Assembly: GCA_964247055.1 (NCBI GenBank) | Contig: OZ176053.1 | Span: 9,114,001 to 9,178,000 of the forward strand | Length of the DNA stretch: 64,000 nucleotides | DNA from: Paragordius varius | Taxonomy: Eukaryota; Animalia; Nematomorpha | Direction: 5' to 3' | In this document: piece by piece, positions 24,501-36,216 of the stretch | Layout of the letters: every line of letters begins with the position of its first letter | How positions within the stretch are numbered: the first letter of the stretch is position 1 | Notes under the pieces: generated by a model | Database searches by the model: none | Seen by the model: only the letters and a program-made list of their open reading frames with translations | What the model was told of the DNA's origin: nothing | Program-made: the position numbers and the translations under genes

Positions 24501-27500
24501 TCTTATTAGGGAAAATTCTATCTGTAAAGAATAATATTAATGGCAGATTGAGTTTCACGTGTATTTTCTTCATATAATTTTAGTTACAAAATAGAATTAT
24601 TCTTGCACCAAAATTATTATGACATTTTTAAATAATCTACTTCCAGAAATCTATTGCTCAAATTCTATATTAAACATTAAATATCCCAAACATCGAACAA
24701 AGTCTAAAGATAAACCGCTTAGGATATGCAGGCCATATCCACCGGCATCCATGGGAACACCCCTTACAATACATGCTTAACTACACCGCTTCAACAAAAA
24801 TAATAGATACCGACCCTTTAAAGATTGGTCAAAAACGTTAAATGAAGATATGATGATTTGCAACTTAAACATTAATGATGCGCTCGATCGCACTTCTTGA
24901 AGAAAAAAAATACGACAAGCTTCAAATCTGAAGATATAACCCAACAACAACAGTTCAAATACATATAAGAATTTCCTTTTATTTATTAACAATGAATACA
25001 TTAGATTAGTCAGACATAAAATGATTCCAATAGTATTCACCAATCATGTGGATACTATTGGAACTATTATATTTTTTTCTATATGTTTTAGCGTTTGATG
25101 GAACCGTTCTCCACCCTGGTCTGTAGCCCTCCACCGGGGGAATTTATCCAGATGTTTATCCATAAGATCCAGTTTTATGGACATATTAGCACCTAAAAAT
25201 AAATATAACATTAAATGTTAAAGATAAGTTTTAAAAATCAAATATTTACCTAGGACTTTATAGGAGTCTACCACTTCGGCTCCTAGAGAGAGATAATTCA
25301 TAGATTTATAATTTCCTAAAAATTCTCTACTGAAAGTTCTAAAAGCATTAAATGCTCTTTTTTTCAGCAGGATTCATTAGGTTTTACAAGACCTCCGATT
25401 CAAATAGTCTTTCTATTTGAGGGCCTGTTAATTAACCTGCGGCCAATTTGGATGGATTGATTTTGAACATATTTAAATAAAAAATGTAGGCTGGTCCTCC
25501 CTTGTGCATATTAATTATATAAGTGCGGGCTAGCCCCAATTTAATATGTAAGGGAGGAATCATCATGTTATCCACATCAATCAATGGGATTCTGTCCAGG
25601 CTATAAGTACCTTGTGTATTTTAAATTAAAATATACCTATGACATCATCCGTTCTAGGTTGGTATAAATGGTTTGAATTATAATGGTTTGCCTTATCTCT
25701 GGATTTAAACAGGCAAAAAAGGCAGGCGTACGTAGGGTAACCGCCCTTCAAACCGCGGCATATGGATAAAACCTAAAAATTATTTAATGTCTCTTATAAT
25801 CAGCAATCAATGAGTAGTGATTGCGATTTTGACACTTTTCCAACATTTTTTATATAGATCATAGTTTTCTTTCTTCCCATATAGTTTAGCTTTATAGGCT
25901 AGGATAATGGGCGGTTATTTAGATTCCTTATTGAATAGTTCAATCCCTATCATCTGTATAGCTGATTGCCAATTTATCAATCAAAGCTAGCAGGACAATA
26001 CAATATGCTATATTGTTTTCACATTTATATACATCAAAATGGTTATTTCGTTGTCTGTATTGACTTTTTTTTCACATCAATATTCACTTTCATATTAATT
26101 ATTTTTTCTGTCAGTATTCCGGTTTGCCTAATACTTGGCAAAACTATGATCTATAGAAAAAATGTTGGAAAAGTGTCAAAATCGCAATCACTACTCATTG
26201 ATTGCTGATTATAAGAGACATTAAATAATTTTTAGGTTTTATCCATATGCCGCGGTTTGAAGGGCGGTTACCCTACGTACGCCTGCCTTTTTTGCCTGTT
26301 TAAATCCAGAGATAAGGCAAACCATTATAATTCAAACCATTTATACCAACCTAGAACGGATGATGTCATAGGTATATTTTAATTTAAAATACACAAGGTA
26401 CTTATAGCCTGGACAGAATCCCATTGATTGATGTGGATAACATGATGATTCCTCCCTTACATATTAAATTGGGGCTAGCCCGCACTTATATAATTAATAT
26501 GCACAAGGGAGGACCAGCCTACATTTTTTATTTAAATATGTTCAAAATCAATCCATCCAAATTGGCCGCAGGTTAATTAACAGGCCCTCAAATAGAAAGA
26601 CTATTTGAATCGGAGGTCTTGTAAAACCTAATGAATCCTGCTGAAAAAAAGAGCATTTAATGCTTTTAGAACTTTCAGTAGAGAATTTTTAGGAAATTAT
26701 AAATCTATGAATTATCTCTCTCTAGGAGCCGAAGTGGTAGACTCCTATAAAGTCCTAGGTAAATATTTGATTTTTAAAACTTATCTTTAACATTTAATGT
26801 TATATTTATTTTTAGGTGCTAATATGTCCATAAAACTGGATCTTATGGATAAACATCTGGATAAATTCCCCCGGTGGAGGGCTACAGACCAGGGTGGAGA
26901 ACGGTTCCATCAAACGCTAAAACATATAGAAAAAAATATAATAGTTCCAATAGTATCCACATGATTGGTGAATACTATTGGAATCATTTTATGTCTGACT
27001 AATCTAATGTATTCATTGTTAATAAATAAAAGGAAATTCTTATATGTATTTGAACTGTTGTTGTTGGGTTATATCTTCAGATTTGAAGCTTGTCGTATTT
27101 TTTTTCTTCAAGAAGTGCGATCGAGCGCATCATTAATGTTTAAGTTGCAAATCATCATATCTTCATTTAACGTTTTTGACCAATCTTTAAAGGGTCGGTA
27201 TCTATTATTTTTGTTGAAGCGGTGTAGTTAAGCATGTATTGTAAGGGGTGTTCCCATGGATGCCGGTGGATATGGCCTGCATATCCTAAGCGGTTTATCT
27301 TTAGACTTTGTTCGATGTTTGGGATATTTAATGTTTAATATAGAATTTGAGCAATAGATTTCTGGAAGTAGATTATTTAAAAATGTCATAATAATTTTGG
27401 TGCAAGAATAATTCTATTTTGTAACTAAAATTATATGAAGAAAATACACGTGAAACTCAATCTGCCATTAATATTATTCTTTACAGATAGAATTTTCCCT

Positions 27501-30500
27501 AATAAGATAAATATAGTGTATAGCAGGTAACTATTTGATGAGCAAAATTTATATTTCCGATGCCTTCTGCATATCAAAAGGTTTTTAATTAATATTATCT
27601 ATGGATTAAATAGTGTATAAAACATTTATCCAAAGTAATGTAATGGGAATTTCATAATTTTGGAGTTTTGCTGGTTTTTTCTGTATTCGCATTTAAAAAT
27701 TGCGCCTTTATGTTGTTATGAAACAAGAAGGATATGAGGAAAATAAAATAAAAAAACGAAAATATTCCAAAAAATACAAATTTTTTGAGGGACTTAAAAA
27801 GCTACATAGTCTTTATTAAACATACCAACTCTTTGTGTTTAATGCAAGTCATAATCCTAAATAATAATAACAATAAATGGAGTTTTTACAAATAATTTTT
27901 TCAATTTCGACAATGTAATTTACGAATTTCTGTGGAATTAAAAAATTAATTGATACTTTAAAATAATATTATGTATTTTTCTTAAGATATATTAGGTTTT
28001 ATATAATATATAAAAGTTTTATCGTGTTTGCTCCATAAGTTTTAAAAATATGGACAAAAATCTACTTCTAGTCAAAAATGAAAAAATGGAAGATTTCCAT
28101 TTTGGGGCGCTTTTTGCCCCTAAATTTTGAGAGTCTCATTTTTCAAGGGATTTCTTTTTCTAGATAAATCTCATGTTCGTGTATTTTTTTGTGCGCACTC
28201 TGTTAGTAACGGTATAAAAACGATTTAAGATATATTAACTTTTCTATAACCTCGGAATTTTTGATTTAAATTCTTCAAAAATATTATATAAATTATGTTT
28301 ATTTAAAAAAATCGCCTAAATTAGAAAGCAAAAAACCTTTAAATTAAAATTCTGGAGTAGTAGAAATGTTTACTATTATCGAATTGTATAGAAAGGGTGA
28401 TTTATAATATCTTAAGGCTTTTTATATACCTTTTCCATTATACCTTAAATAAGTACGTTTCATATAAAAATTTTTAAAAATTAATGTTTTAAAGAGTGCA
28501 TTTTTCCAAAAATATTTTTTTTATGTTTGAGCACATAATTAAAATTTTTATCCCGCTATCTGTGCATTTTTGTGTTTATTTCAAGAGAAATGCCGAACGA
28601 AAAATGGCACTTTCGGAATCCACATCTAATTATTAAAAATTTTTAATAATATTTATTGTTCTTCTTATATATAATTGATATATTTTGGAGATTTTTTTGG
28701 AATGAAACATTTTCACCACAAAAAAATATTTAACAAAATGTGCCCCAAATTTTGCACTCTTATATAGAGCACTTACAAAAGTGTAAAATACTTTTTTAAA
28801 TCATTAAGGGCCCAAACCAAAAGCATCATGATAATCCTGATACATTTTCTTATCAGATGTATATTTTTCATCAGAATTGGACACTGTTATTGTACGATAA
28901 AATCTCGGCTTTTTTGTATACGACTGGAGTAGTTAATGCGCCAAACGGGATATATGGAAGAACAAAATTTCCATATTAAATATCTTGCACTAATTAAATA
29001 AAAATTCATATATATTTTATGTATCGTCAGGGCAATTCAATATATTTAATTATAAGGATATCAACATTTGTTTATTGTACTAATATTTGATCAAAGCAGA
29101 GTTATTGACATTATGTTGTTGTTTTATCATATATCGAAGTCTATTTGTTGCAAAAGTATAAATTCAGCTTGTACAGTTTGGTTTGGTCGGTTACATTGTT
29201 TCTTGGTTCCTTTAGTCAAATTATCAATCCAACGCGTTCAGCACCTAATATTTTAGAACCTTCAACTTTTTCGACATGAGTTAATATTTAAACTTTTTGA
29301 ATTTAGTGACATGGCTGAAGTAAGGGAGCTTCATTTAAAGGCATGGATATGTCAGATTTGATTTTATCATGAATTATAGTGTTTTTTTATTTTCAATCGA
29401 TCTGAAGCAATTTTCTCTAAAACCACATTTTTGGAGCATTTATATATTGTGTGATTATTATTATTGTATATCAAAAAATATACAATCTTTTTAATTGAGA
29501 TGCGTACCTGAGGTTATAAAAAGCTTTCCATCGATTGAAGGCTTTGATTCTTACATTTAAGAATTAGATCAAAGTACTTGGTAAGTCGGCAACAAGGTTT
29601 TTTATAAGGCTCTTTTTTAATATGTTACCTAAGAAAGCCAGTTTATTAGATATTTTGCATATGGATATGCTTGGTTTGATATTTATCAGGTCGGTAGACC
29701 GTTTATCCATTTAATTTCCGATAAAACGTTTTAAGGCATCCAACTTTCAAAACCGTAAGATATGTGAGAAGAACATACATTTTAATATTAGCAATTTCGT
29801 AACAATTGATGATCAATTGTTTTTGAATAATGTTTTGTTGAAAACACGCTATTTTACCAAGTCGCTGTTTGATATCGTACAAGGAATCCCTCTTATTCGT
29901 TATTATTACTATTATCTCTATTTTTGGACCATTTCGAAGTTAGATATGAGATTTTTAGCTGATTTATTTGGATCCTAGTCTTGCTTTTCTTAAGATTTAT
30001 TTATACTCCACTCTCATGTGTTACACTGTGCAAAAAAGAAGGTCAATTTTTTGACAAAAACATGTTATTTCATTAGAGAATCCAACGGGAACAGACATTT
30101 TTGCACATAGCAGGGGTCGACTGCCTAGGGCTCGCAAGCCAAACTTGTCTCGCCAAAGCATTTAGAAAAATTAAAATATTTCTTATTTTTAGGTTTTTGT
30201 TTAAAAAAGAGTGCATTGCTTAATCATAGTCACATTATTATTATTATTATGCACCATGTAATGTTAATAATAAATGTTTTCCATTTTATTAATACTATTA
30301 TATTGAGGTGTGTTATTTTAATTAAGTTTTCAAGCGTAGGGCTCGCCTAAAATTTTCTATTTTGAAAACGGCTCACCTCCGAGAAAGGTTGCCGACCCCT
30401 GCACTATATTTCATTTATTTATTATCTTAATATGTATAGGCCGATCTTAACTTTTAAATATTTTGTAATGTAAATTTTAATTAGCTTCCAAGAATCTTTT

Positions 30501-33500
30501 TAAAACATTTTCATTAACTAAATATTCCAATTGGTTTTAATAAAGAATTGTTTTGGATTTATAACATTTTTACGACATTTTTAATCCATATTTTCTATCC
30601 AAACTTATGGGAGAAATAGTACATCAAATTCTTAAATACTTTATGATGAATAATTAAATTACAGATAATGTATACAAGAACATTGAGTTTTTCCATCCTA
30701 AATCACACGTTCCCTTTACTCCATTAAATCACCCACTTTGCTCATTGGACGAAAATGGGGACCTTATTATGGATAATCCATGTATGTATGCTAATATAAA
30801 AAAATATTTTACAACCTTTTTAATATTAAATAAACACCTTTATGTATTATAGTTTCACCTCCACAAATCGATCAAGAACTGAGTAATGATTCCACATCAT
30901 CAAACGTAATGCAAAAAGATAAAAATTTCATTGCAAACAATGAACCAAACACCAATTATCGTACTATACTTGAAGATGATGGAGATTATATGACTCCCGA
31001 AGAGGAAAAGGTTAATTAAATAGTGGACATTGCCATATTTTAAAATTGCTAACATTCAACCCCAATCTCTATTGTTCACAAAAAACGGTTTTGTAAACAT
31101 TTTTTTTATTATGTATTGATTGAAATCAGCTTTAAATAAAAAAGTAATTAGACCAAACTGATAATTTTTTTCTGAACGAAACACAAAAAAAAATAATATC
31201 ACAAAGTATTTTTTTATTTTATTATTTTCTAGGGAATATTGAATGTATCGGAACCAATAAGCACTTTACAAGAGGCCGAATATGAGGATGGTTATTTATC
31301 CGATGAATGTTACTACAGTCCTTCCACATCGCCGCCCCCTGAAATTGCCGAAATAATCAAAGATTTGGAACAAGATTATGCGCCATCCTCGACAATCATT
31401 GATGAAAAAACTGGTATAATAACTATTTTAATCTAGATATATAATCGTTTGATAAGTCATTTAATTTTGTGTATATGATTATATGTTTTTGCAAATATAC
31501 CTCTATTGCTGGATGTGTTTGTTAGGACGCAAAACATATACCACAAAAAATAAGAAAAAATTTGCCCCATTTAAATGTCATTGTATACCATGATTATTTG
31601 TCTCCCCGAAAATTTTTTAAAACTATGACGTTCATATTGATTTTTACATCAGCAATAACTCCAAATTTAACAGTTCTAACAACTAATCTTTCACTTATTA
31701 TTTATTGTATTTGATTTATAGAACCTGAAGCAATCGATATTAATGTTTCATTCATGCCAGCCTTTATTAGCGAAATTAAGTCATATAAAGTTCAACACAA
31801 GACACTCGATTCCATATTTATAGACAAGGAAGAGAAAAATCAAAATATGGAAGAAGGTGAATTATCCAAAGGTACTATATGCATATATTTTTATATGTAA
31901 TTGAATTATTATACATTTAATCATGTGTGCTGCATTGTACATATACCTTTTTAGTACTTGATGTATTGGACCCCTTTAATTTTAACCAAGAGGATGAAGG
32001 TATTTATAGCTATTTTATTATTATTTATATATCTAAAATATTATATTAAGCTTTTATATAAATAAAAGTTTGGCATTTTCCATTTTTAATATAACAACAG
32101 TTCTATGAATTATTAGTTTTAAAATGCCTGTTTTCATTATATATTTATTTATTCTCCTCGTAAAACTCAATAAAACATTATAACCTAATCTAATTTATAT
32201 TTTTAGAGGCTTAATTTATATTTTTTCATTCAGAATATTTATATTAAACTTTAGAGCCTAAAAAATCCGAACCATTACCCTATTATGAACGTGATGTTCG
32301 GCATGCTGTTACAACCATAGATCCTAACACAAAACAAAGAGGTTAATTTGTAAATCAATAATTACATCTTTGCAATTATGTGATTGCATAAAATTTTAAT
32401 AACTGGTTAACTTTAGGGATTTTGACTATTTTGGACCAATTTATATTTCACAAATCGATTAAGATATGGCTAAATTAGAATTCAAAGCCTATTTTCGCCC
32501 ATATATATTATTTTTTTGATTAGTCATTATACCAAACTGTCCCGATATTGGCCTTTTACTCAGGGCTATTACTATGTCTACCTCAAACGATGCATTTGAT
32601 CTCGAACGCTTAGAGTTAATTGGCGATTCTTTCCTTAAAATGGCTGTCACAGTCTATCTTTTTTGTTCTGAACCGGACAGTCATGAAGGAAAACTTAGCT
32701 ATAAGCGTAGTAAACAAGTAAATATTTTTTGATAAATATATATTTGAAACAATTGTAATCGAGGCAGAAACATTTTGTATTATAATGGTTATGCATAAAA
32801 AAATTTGGCTTTATTCTGATCTTTAATTGTACACAATTTAGATAAAATTATTTTTTTTGTTGCATCTAAAATCAGTGTCACGCATAAAAATTCAACTATT
32901 TACAGGTTAGTAATTTTAAGCTGTATCATTTGGGAAAAATACGTGGATTTGGTGAAATTTTAGTATCAACCAAGTTTGAACCAGTCGATAATTGGCTTCC
33001 TCCTGGTTATGTATCCAAACATGCTGAACAAAAAGGTAATAATATAATTTGTATACATATTTATATGGTCGTATCCTGCACTAATGCCTTCTAAAGAAAC
33101 TTTTTGCGTTTTAGGATTTTTCAGTATATGTTAATTGAAGAGGCGTAAAAGTTTGGGTTTTTTTAACATTTTCAATCTAAAAAAGATTGCATGTACACCG
33201 TCACTATGATACAGCCGCTAATATGCCGTTTTTTTTACAGTGTTCGTATGGAAAAAGATAAGTAATCCGATAATTTCCGAAATTATTTAGAAAAAAATTG
33301 GATTAACCTAACTAATTTACCATAATCATAATTTTAAAATATTTGCGCATTGTCATTAGTTAGACATTAAATTAAATTACATAGTTTTTTTTTCGTGTTT
33401 TCCACCCACCTTTTAAAAAACTACTTTATGTAGCGTGTTACAAAAGTGAAATCTCCAAAATATATGACATGAAAACCGAGCATTATCTGTCGGATAAATG

Positions 33501-34291
33501 TATAGCTGATTGTGTAGAAGCTTTCATTGGGGCTTATCTCATAAGTTGTGGAAGTTTAGCAGCTTTGGCTTTTATGCGCTGGATGGGTATTCACATTCTT
33601 TTGGGGGAACGGGAATGGCAAGTGTCTCAAGGTGGGTGGTATTTTATTTTTTTTTTAAAAAAATAATGTTAAAAGATATAAAATTTTTACTCTAAAATAT
33701 ATGCTCCATGTTTTATAAATTTATATCCATAATTGTAATATACTAGATTTAAAATCTTCGCCCAAGCATGCTCTAAATGAGAGCTGGTATGATCACGGTA
33801 AAAATATTTTAATATATTAAATTATATAATAAATTTAAATTTCAAAATAAAGTATTATAGGAGAATTGGCAACACAATATTGTATAAAACAACAAAATAT
33901 TGACATACAATTTTTATCTTACATAAATGACAAAATTTGTTTTATAACACACCCATATGTATTAGAAATTGACCAACATTAATGTGAATAAGCCAGCATA
34001 AATGTGTAAACTAATATTTTTTATTCATATTGTATAATTATTTGTGTTTTGATCAATATCAGCCATATATGAACACTTTAATTTTATAAAAATTAATTTT
34101 TTAGATATTGATGATTTATGGTCCAAAGTTACAGGGAAACTGCCACCAATTTCACCATTAATACTATCCACCCCAAATCATAACCGAAAACTTTTGAAAG
34201 TCTTTGCAAATTTAGAGCGCTTTCAGGATGTCATTGGTTACAAATTTAAAGATCCATCCTTTTTGATACAGGTTAATATCAATTATATTTA

Positions 34292-34325
<34 letters not shown>

Positions 34326-36030
34326 TAGCTCATTCAGAAACAACAATTTTTCATTCAAATGCACTTTTTACAATCTAAAAACGACACTTTTTTTTAATAA
34401 CCATTTTTTAATCAAATGGAGCATTATTTTATCCGTGTTTAGATGTAAAAATTTTGCGTTTTATTGAAAAAATGCTCTAGTCTGTAAATTGTTTTTTAAT
34501 GAAAAAATTTGTATTCTAAAATAAAATTCTAATATAAATGTATGTTTAGGCATTTACACACAGTTCCTATAGTTTACACCGGCTTACCGATTGTTATCAA
34601 AGGCTAGAATTTTTGGGAGATGCCCTATTGGATTATTTGATAACTAGACATTTGTACACACTTTCAGACCGATTCACTCCGGGTCAAATGACAGACCTGC
34701 GGTCTGCCCTCGTTAATAATATTATATTTGCCAGTTTAGCCGTAAAATTTGGATTCCATAAATATCTTTTATCATGCTCAACCAAATTATTTGCTACCAT
34801 TGATAAATTTGTCAAGGTTATTATGACTTTTTGCATTCTTGGTTATTATTCCACTAAAATTTGGACATTTTCCATTCAACCGTTTTTAAAAAAGCGATTT
34901 AGTTTGAAAATATTATATTTCAAACTCTTTTACATAGTTTTTTGGTTTTAATGCATCATATTTATATTATTTGCTTTTGTTAACTTTAAAAAAAGGTTCA
35001 AAGAGAAAAAACTTTAATTGGGAAGCGTCTGAAAAAAAGTGGGGATAACCTGGACGAAACAGATTTCTTTCCAATGCTCGATACATTTAACATGGGAGAT
35101 AACGTTTGTTTTTTATTAAATATATTTATATTTTTTTTAAAAAAATCCTAAATTTTTAAAATTCTAATTTTACAAAGTATATAAATTTTTTAGTTACTAA
35201 TTTGGGCAAATTATAATCGAGATGATGAATGGTACAGTAAGCGAATGAAAAATTTGGATCCAACAGTCAATGGAGGTTTAATTATTGTCCTTACATGTTT
35301 TATCAGCATTTGCAAAAATATGGATGATTTTTTATATACTTTATGATAAACTAAAATTCCGCAGCGCTAAAATTTGCATTGTTGAAATGTAATGTACAAA
35401 AAAACTAACCCTTCTTATAACTTATAGATTAATTACAATAATATATATTTAATCTCAATACAATAGTTAATGAAAATGGGACAATGATGTTTAAAGACAT
35501 TGAAGTACCCAAAGTTCTTGGTGATATTTTCGAATCCGTGGCAGGCGCTATATTTATGGATTCGGGCATGAGCCTTAAAACTCTTTGGCGAGTCTATTCT
35601 AGTCTCATGAGCGATGCTATCAGTATATTATTTTTTTATACCCTCCTAATTTTTGTATTCCATCTACGTGCATATTTTATTATATAAATACATTTTATAA
35701 TAGCTTATTACACAAAGCATATTCCAATGTCACCTATCCGAGAACTTTTGGAAAGTGAACCTGATCGTGTCCGTTTTATGTATTTGATAACTACTATATT
35801 TCATAATTTTTTTACAATTTTTATACTTTTTCACCTGCTTCAAAAAATATTACGTCTATAAATGTATTTTTTACAGGAAACCCGTCAAAATGAAAAGCCA
35901 TTACAAAGTTTGTGTTGAAATTTTGGGCAAGGGAAAATGGATAGGCCTTGGAAGTAACGCTAAAATTGCCAAATGTACGGCTGCCAAAACTGCTTTGGCC
36001 GGAATAAAAGGCAATATTAATATGAAATAA
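6550..36030 (+). CDS. Dcr-1: Dicer-1-like endoribonuclease, about 41 exons: 6550-6600, 6624-6786, 6810-6940, 7269-7665, 8698-8882, 11256-11499, 11770-11881, 12218-12392, 12924-13086, 13515-13669, 13766-13854, 14417-14581, 15022-15155, 15372-15551, 15731-15938, 16030-16159, 16445-16604, 17266-17450, 18365-18585, 19216-19395, 19514-~19731, 19900-19984, 20068-20105, 20193-~20741, 21481-21745, 30665-30781, 30853-31010, 31233-31413, 31722-31871, 31955-31999, 32255-32341, 32524-32717, 32906-33035, 33434-33631, 34105-34271, 34550-34816, 34996-35103, 35194-35275, 35467-35622, 35704-35779, 35877-36030
   Basis: Phase-compatible GT-AG junctions join all Dicer hallmarks in order: [138 protein letters not shown]. 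Linker exon boundaries are less certain. Confidence 0.97.
9039..10080. mobile_element. Tc1/mariner-type MITE with roughly 170-bp imperfect TIRs in Dicer intron 5
   Basis: TA|CAGTCATGTAGACTTTATTTTGTTAAA ... TTTAACAAAATAAAGTCTACATGACTG|TA. The interior (about 9390-9800) resembles the MITE at about 6020-6430. Confidence 0.8.
10609..10920 (+). mobile_element. Internally deleted Helitron copy
   Basis: A|TCTATATATTTATAAAAATGGAAAATGC 5' end; ATCCACATATGTGGAT palindrome and 3' hairpins present; terminal CTAG lost. Confidence 0.75.
16840..17100 (-). mobile_element. RTE-like LINE 3' remnant
   Basis: Minus strand reads [15 protein letters not shown] (RTE C-terminal GRP..W motif), followed by an (ATCT)n tail. 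Confidence 0.5.
17627..17780 (+). mobile_element. Probable tRNA-derived SINE
   Basis: A-box-like TGGTAGGTAGGG and B-box GTTCAAATCCC at tRNA-like spacing; local GC island; no complete cloverleaf. Confidence 0.4.
22932..23415. mobile_element. TA-flanked MITE with CC(A/G)TTTGCACTTCAAG termini (same terminus family as 56402-56772)
   Basis: CCGTTTGCACTTCAAGTTGG at left; CCAACTTGAAGTG and CTTGAAGTGCAAATGG|TA at right. Confidence 0.55.
24690..24925 (+). mobile_element. RTE LINE 3' remnant inside the left palindrome arm (mirror at 27083-27318, -)
   Basis: [13 protein letters not shown]...[14 protein letters not shown]...ALDRTS*RKKI matches the RTE RL.WAGH / RP..W / A.DR..WR pattern. Confidence 0.7.
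25960..26935 (+). pseudogene. Chapaev/CMC transposase pseudogene, catalytic half only (mirrored on - at 25073-25868)
   Basis: SIPV; LIADYK; [25 protein letters not shown]; [10 protein letters not shown]; GPQIERL; EFLGNYK; GANMSIKL...HLDKFP; DQGGERFHQ, all in the order I recall for this family. Stops and frameshifts present; introns at 26372-26397 and 26759-26815. Confidence 0.85.
29100..29880 (-). mobile_element. Degenerate RTE LINE remnant
   Basis: DIKQRLG, YGFESW, KVEG and WIDNL motifs on the minus strand in shifting frames. Confidence 0.55.
30111..30401. mobile_element. hAT (Charlie-like) MITE
   Basis: CAGGGGTCGAC ... GTTGCCGACCCCTG termini; no clean TSD. Confidence 0.6.
32524..36030 (+). 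other. Dicer RNase IIIa, RNase IIIb and C-terminal dsRBD exons
   Basis: Both catalytic signatures present (ERLELIGD / DKCIADCVE; QRLEFLGD / PKVLGDIFE); ds[13 protein letters not shown]...[10 protein letters not shown]; TAA at 36028-36030. Confidence 0.95.
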
Positions 36031-36162
36031 TCTACTTATTTTATATATAAAATTCGGTTTATCGCATTTATTTTTATGAACTTCCATTTTTAATCTTTTT
36101 TATCAAAACTAGTACATGTTTGATGCAACTGCAAATATTGTAATAAGTTTTATTATAATTAC

Positions 36163-36168
36163 AATAAA
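36163..36168 (+). terminator. Candidate poly(A) signal of full-length Dicer
   Basis: AATAAA about 130 nt after the stop and just before the Helitron at 36217; weak evidence in AT-rich DNA. Confidence 0.4.
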
Positions 36169-36216
36169 TAGATATATTTTTATCGATACTATTATTCAAA
36201 TAATCATACTCGGGAA

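Larger units (their letters stand above)
23810..28203. mobile_element. Rearranged CMC (Chapaev-like) DNA transposon forming a 4.4-kb palindrome
   Basis: Left end TAA|CACTGTGCGCAAAAAA; degenerate right end TTTTTTTGTGCGCACTCTG|TTA. Arms 24046-25868 and 26140-27962 are in exact register (paired coordinates sum to 52008). Confidence 0.88.

Noticed and set aside
24777-27231. Identical 88-aa ORFs on opposite strands (24777-25043 and 26965-27231) as a duplicated small gene
   Set aside because: They are the mirror product of the palindrome and read antisense to the RTE remnant.
34296-34322. (TA)n and (TG)n tracts (also near 10093, 40019, 41209, 42387)
   Set aside because: Ordinary microsatellites with no additional signal.
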